Of a stretch of DNA of 64,000 bases, positions 59,909 to 64,000 are shown piece after piece. Position 1 is the first letter of the stretch, and every line of letters begins with the position of its first letter. The notes below the pieces were generated by a model. The model was not told where the DNA came from, searched no databases, and saw nothing but the letters and a program-made list of their open reading frames with translations. The translations under genes and the position numbers were made by a program. This stretch comes from Bacteroidota bacterium (lineage in GTDB: Bacteria > Bacteroidota > Bacteroidia > SXHM01), in assembly GCA_947479755.1 (NCBI GenBank), contig CANKAM010000005.1, positions 52,187 to 116,186 on the forward strand, written 5' to 3'.

Positions 59909-60280
59909 GTGGGATTAACGAAATGGAGTGAACAGAAAACTTCGGAAAGCCTTCCAGAATTTGCGGTAGATGTAAATGACACGACAATGACATTAAAAGA
60001 ATTTATAAAACAGTTTGACAAAGACAATTCAATTATTCTTCTTGAAGGCAAAAGAATTGTATTAGAGGCAGACAAAGAGAAGCTAACTGCATTAGGAAAA
60101 TTGTTAGCGTCAAAAACATCAAGAATTACTTTCAGAAGTGGTAATGCAGAAGGCTCAGATCAATTATTTTCTGACGGTGTAACTTCTGTCGACAATAAAA
60201 AATTACAAGTTATTACACCATATTCCGGACATAGACAAAAAACTAATCAAGCGTACCCGGCTGAGCATAAGCAGTTGTAA
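59909..60280 (+). CDS. Hypothetical protein; weak SLOG/DprA-like GxAxGxD motif; possibly truncated
   Basis: 123-aa ORF with ILLEGKRIVL....FRSGNAEGSDQLF. No confident family assignment. Confidence 0.3.
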   Translation: MGLTKWSEQKTSESLPEFAVDVNDTTMTLKEFIKQFDKDNSIILLEGKRIVLEADKEKLTALGKLLASKTSRITFRSGNAEGSDQLFSDGVTSVDNKKLQVITPYSGHRQKTNQAYPAEHKQL

Positions 60281-60477
60281 AAGCAAATAATAAAACAAAA
60301 GGAAGTAGTAGTTTTTTCATAAAAAGGGTTTTGATTTTAAGAGTTCAAAGCTACAATTATTTCAAATGTGGGGGGATTGCAAGGCAAGCCAAACAAGAAA
60401 AGTTGCGTTGGTGCGGTGGAGTAAAAGCGTGCGGCCTTCCCTTTGCGCACTTTGCGGTAAAAAAATTACACTAAAAA

Positions 60478-62112
60478 TTACTCCGCAATACACAACCTCA
60501 CGGTAGCTGTTTTTCCGTTGCTCATCTCCACACGGGCAAGATAAGTTCCGGCAGCAAGTCCGCTCAGTTGCAGTTCAATTTTATTGCCTTCTGTTGCTTT
60601 TGCATTCAGTGTTTTATACAACACCTGTTTGCCTTGCAGTGTAAGCAATTGAATTGCTTTTGGTGTTAGTGTAACATCGTTCACACTGATTACAAAACTT
60701 CCGCTAGCACTTGGATTAGGATAAACGGTTGTCGTGCTGAGCGTAGTCGAAGCATCATCAATACCCACCGCACCAATTTTAAACGGTGTAGTAGTTTCGT
60801 ATTTGCCCGTAAGCGTATGGTCAATAGAATACGCTGTTATACGCAGCCATACTTCGGTTCCGTAACTCACCCCTGCGGCATCCCATGCAGCTTCAGTTTC
60901 TGTAATACCTGTGGCAATAGAACTCCAGCTTTGTTTGTTATCAGTACTGTATTCCACATCGTACCAGATGTCGCGTCCGCCTTCAGGATTAGCCAGTTCC
61001 CAGTCAACAAGACCCGGTGCCCAGCTTATTCCGTCAGCAGGCACAATAGCATTTACAATTGGTTTTGAATACGAGTGCAGCAACTCTGCAAAACCCACAC
61101 CGGTAACCGGTGTGTTGCCCACCATACCGGTAACGGAAGTGGTGCCTTCATAAAAACGGAACGGCAGTGACACCTCGCTGTTAGGATAAAGGGTAGTAAT
61201 CATAATGTCAATGCTGTCATAAACAAAATGCCATTGCTGCGGGTACACCTTTGCGCTGTCGGGTGTGTAAACAAAAGTCTGGCGGTCAAACTCAAAGTCA
61301 TGCGTATTGATATCATGCGTTTCGTCTACATAAATACTGGTAAGCTGGTAGGTAGGCAGGTCAGGAATTTGGTTGTTGCTATCAAAAATGTTCCAGATGT
61401 TCATATCCATTCCATTATCCAGCTGCACACAAAACCACTCGTATTTCTCACCGTTGTTAGGGTTAAATTGTCCCCACTGGCGGTCAATCCAGGCCGTTCC
61501 TGAAACATCTTCAGTAACACCGTCAATGGTCATGCTGCCGCTTACGTTCAGCATCGTTTGAGAATAGTAATACGTATAGCCTGTTGCTCCCTGATAAAAG
61601 AAACCGGTAGTATCCAATATCAACGGACGTTTTACCGGCTCATAATCCAGATTGATAGAACCGTTTGCCTGAGCAGCTTCAACATGGTAGCTGAACGGAA
61701 CAAGGTCAAGACCTTCAGTTCGTGTTACCCATTGTTCAGTTCCTGCTGTAACAACATTGGCCACAATTTCAAGATGGTCTTGCGCCATAGTGCCATAATT
61801 TACAGGTAGTGTTTCGGCAAAAAATGTTTCTGTAACATCGTCACTTAAATTGAAAATACGGAAACCGTCAAACCCGAATTGCGGATAATAAAAATAGGTG
61901 AGCATATAGCTGTAATCCTTGCCGGAAGTGGCTCCCACAACATGTCCTATCGTGTACCACCACTCTACAGGTTCACCCGGGTGATACCCTTCATCAGCAG
62001 GAAAAGTGAGATTAGTTCCGGCAGGTGCATACGGATATTGATTCCATGTTTGCGCTAAAGAAGTAAGAACATAGAAGAGTGAGAACGTAATAAGGAGTAA
62101 AGATTTTTTCAT
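60478..62112 (-). CDS. Secreted AttH/CrtC-like (lipocalin-like hydratase fold) protein fused to a T9SS C-terminal sorting domain
   Basis: ATG at 62110-62112 with signal peptide MKKSLLLITFSLFYVLTSLAQ. Near the N-terminus, FPADEGYHPGEPVEWWYTIGH resembles the AttH motif FPxDHGxHP...EWWY. The C-terminus VYPNPSASGSFVISV...GTYLARV is a T9SS CTD. Confidence 0.7.
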   Translation of the reverse strand: MKKSLLLITFSLFYVLTSLAQTWNQYPYAPAGTNLTFPADEGYHPGEPVEWWYTIGHVVGATSGKDYSYMLTYFYYPQFGFDGFRIFNLSDDVTETFFAETLPVNYGTMAQDHLEIVANVVTAGTEQWVTRTEGLDLVPFSYHVEAAQANGSINLDYEPVKRPLILDTTGFFYQGATGYTYYYSQTMLNVSGSMTIDGVTEDVSGTAWIDRQWGQFNPNNGEKYEWFCVQLDNGMDMNIWNIFDSNNQIPDLPTYQLTSIYVDETHDINTHDFEFDRQTFVYTPDSAKVYPQQWHFVYDSIDIMITTLYPNSEVSLPFRFYEGTTSVTGMVGNTPVTGVGFAELLHSYSKPIVNAIVPADGISWAPGLVDWELANPEGGRDIWYDVEYSTDNKQSWSSIATGITETEAAWDAAGVSYGTEVWLRITAYSIDHTLTGKYETTTPFKIGAVGIDDASTTLSTTTVYPNPSASGSFVISVNDVTLTPKAIQLLTLQGKQVLYKTLNAKATEGNKIELQLSGLAAGTYLARVEMSNGKTATVRLCIAE

Positions 62113-62196
62113 GGTATTGGTTTTGGATGAAACAAATGTAGAAACAAAATCGGAACACAACTTTTTTCCGATATTGCACTGATTTTACAAAAAGCC

Positions 62197-64000
62197 GTGT
62201 TCAACAAACTCGCCACCTACTTCCGCAACAGTCACGAAACGCTGCAACGTATTTTACTGTTTGCAATAAGCGCATTTATCATTGTGCTGCTGCTGCCTGC
62301 CGAAGGAAAATTTAAATACGAGTACCAGAAAGGCAAACCCTGGAAACATGATAATCTGGTTGCGCCTTACAGTTTCCCCATCAACAAAACTGCCGAAGAA
62401 CTGGATGCTGAAGTGCAAACGGTAAAGACAAACACCAAGTTATACTTCCGCACCGATAGCCTTGTAGCTGCAGCTAAAATTGCGGAGTTCCGCAAAGCAG
62501 CCGAAGAAAAAGGAAAAGAAAAGAAAGACGGAAAAGTTCCTGAAAAAGACATACAACACTGTGCCGAAATACTGGAAACCATCTATGCAAAAGGCATCAT
62601 CCGCCTTGGAGAAGAACTAGAAAATAAAGATGCTGAATTTGTTTTTCAGTTAGTGGATGGCAATGAATCGCGGGATGCAAAATTCGGTGAATTTTACACC
62701 ATACAAGCCGCCTACAACCAGGCACAGGAAAAGTTAAAAGGTATGAGCGAGAGAGAAAAAGATTTCTTTGCAGACCTGCTGGCAAACGCAATTACGCACA
62801 ACATCTTCTACGACCAAGAAACCACTTCCAAAATAATGGAAGACGAAATGAATGCCATCTCCCGCGATCGCGGTATGGTGGAAGAAGGAGTGCGCATTAT
62901 TGACAAAGGCGATATTGTGGATTACGACAAATTCCAGAAACTTGAATCGCTTCGCGCCAACTACGAAACCAAAGGCGGAGTAAACTCAAAGTTCTATCTC
63001 ATCTATCTCGGTCATTCCATTATGATTGGTTTGTCGCTGATGGTGCTTTATCTCTTTCTCGTTCTGTTTCGCAAACAAATTGCTATTGATAACCTGAAAG
63101 TTAGTTTTCTCTTACTCATTGTTTTGCTCATGGTGTTTGCCGCACGCATGATTAACAATGTTTCCACGTTAAGTATTTACATTGTACCATTTGCCTTGCT
63201 GCCCGTTATTGTCCGTACCTTTTTTGATACACGGGTTGCATTGTTTACACACCTTGTTACAACCCTCATCATCGGCTACTTTGTGCCCAACGGATACCAG
63301 TTTGTTTACCTGCAACTGATGGCAGGAATTGTATCTATTTTCAGTTTTGTAAACATGCAGAAACGGGTGCAGTTGTTTCTCAGTGCAGGTCTTATTTTCA
63401 TCACCTATTGCACAGCTTACTTTGCCATGTCGGTAGTGCAGGAAGGCAATATCACCACCATTGACACCATGTATTTTGCTTGGTTCGGCATCAGTGTATT
63501 GCTTACCCTGTTTGCCTATCCGCTCATCTTTATTTTCGAAAAAATATTTGGCTTTGTCTCCGAAGCCACTCTGTTGGAACTAAGTAACACCAACGGAAAA
63601 CTATTGCGCGAACTGGCCACAAAAGCACCGGGAACATTTCAGCATTCATTACAAGTAGCTAATCTTACCGAAAGTGCACTGTTTCAGATTGGCGGTAATG
63701 TATTGTTAGCCCGGACAGGCGCACTCTATCACGACATCGGGAAAATGGATGCTCCCTCCTACTTCATCGAGAATCAGGTAAGCGGTATAAACCCCCATGA
63801 CGAACTTGAGTTTGATGAAAGCGCACACATCATCATCAACCATGTACTCAAAGGCATTGAAAAAGCCAAGAAGGCCAACATCCCCGATTCGGTAATTGAC
63901 TTTATCCGCACGCATCACGGCACTACAATGGTGCAATACTTTTACAGAAATTATCTAAAGAATTATCCCGAAGAAGAAGTAGATAAAAAGCTGTTCACTT
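62197..64000 (+). CDS. 7TM receptor with intracellular HD/HDIG phosphohydrolase domain (7TMR-HD family), truncated at the 3' window edge
   Basis: GTG start at 62197, with an in-frame TGA upstream at 62128-62130 and no ATG. N-terminal extracellular region, a 7-helix hydrophobic block, and LYHDIGKM and FIRTHHGTTMVQYFY HD-domain motifs near 63720-63950. Confidence 0.75.
   Translation, partial: MFNKLATYFRNSHETLQRILLFAISAFIIVLLLPAEGKFKYEYQKGKPWKHDNLVAPYSFPINKTAEELDAEVQTVKTNTKLYFRTDSLVAAAKIAEFRKAAEEKGKEKKDGKVPEKDIQHCAEILETIYAKGIIRLGEELENKDAEFVFQLVDGNESRDAKFGEFYTIQAAYNQAQEKLKGMSEREKDFFADLLANAITHNIFYDQETTSKIMEDEMNAISRDRGMVEEGVRIIDKGDIVDYDKFQKLESLRANYETKGGVNSKFYLIYLGHSIMIGLSLMVLYLFLVLFRKQIAIDNLKVSFLLLIVLLMVFAARMINNVSTLSIYIVPFALLPVIVRTFFDTRVALFTHLVTTLIIGYFVPNGYQFVYLQLMAGIVSIFSFVNMQKRVQLFLSAGLIFITYCTAYFAMSVVQEGNITTIDTMYFAWFGISVLLTLFAYPLIFIFEKIFGFVSEATLLELSNTNGKLLRELATKAPGTFQHSLQVANLTESALFQIGGNVLLARTGALYHDIGKMDAPSYFIENQVSGINPHDELEFDESAHIIINHVLKGIEKAKKANIPDSVIDFIRTHHGTTMVQYFYRNYLKNYPEEEVDKKLFT

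Noticed and set aside
62250-62310. Suspected frameshift near the N-terminus of the 7TM-HD gene
   Set aside because: On recounting positions, the reading frame from GTG 62197 is continuous through 62310. The apparent extra base was a mis-chunking of the sequence lines.
62367-62791. Two minus-strand ORFs (62367..62582, 62597..62791)
   Set aside because: They lie inside and antisense to the well-supported 7TM-HD gene.

Overview
This is a gene-dense chromosomal segment with clear Bacteroidota character: several proteins with T9SS C-terminal sorting domains, SprB repeats, a TonB-dependent receptor, PorE-type envelope proteins and TAnnTTTG -7 promoter motifs. I could support about 52 protein-coding genes; I found no rRNA or tRNA genes, no CRISPR array and no obvious mobile element.

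Main content, 5' to 3':
- **1310..1680:** an unusual roughly 41-bp tandem repeat array with a near-palindromic core, sitting immediately upstream of a large SprB-repeat T9SS adhesin gene (1726..4308).
- **4309..15228 (minus strand):** an apparently 11-gene translationally coupled operon encoding an aryl-polyene/flexirubin-type type-II lipid-polyketide pathway, with an S46 dipeptidyl-peptidase and a WG-repeat protein at its tail.
- **15321..19190:** a TonB-dependent receptor, a small lipoprotein carrying a CxxCH motif, and a T9SS cargo protein.
- **19312..27881:** ruvC, then a nucleotide-sugar cluster (CpsB-like phosphatase, TviC/WbpP-like epimerase, rfbB, galE, and WbpA/WbpB/WbpD-like enzymes) ending in a GNAT-like gene.
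- **27960..29789:** rpsP, rimM and trmN6.
- **31241..44844 (the most striking region):** a tandem array of five paralogous envelope genes. They are built from TPR, a TolB-like PD40 beta-propeller, a carboxypeptidase-regulatory-like beta-sandwich, very long Lys/Ala/Glu coiled coils and an OmpA_C peptidoglycan-binding domain. These are PorE-like proteins that together recapitulate Tol-Pal parts. Two members carry near-perfect in-frame tandem DNA repeats, which suggests length-variable coiled-coil spacers.
- **44887..64000:** housekeeping genes (2-oxoacid dehydrogenase E2, recR, murB, kdtA, a GH13 amylase, etfBA, a NupC-family nucleoside transporter), two further T9SS cargo proteins, and a partial 7TM-HD signalling protein at the 3' edge.

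All annotations rest on motif recognition by eye; no database searches were possible.
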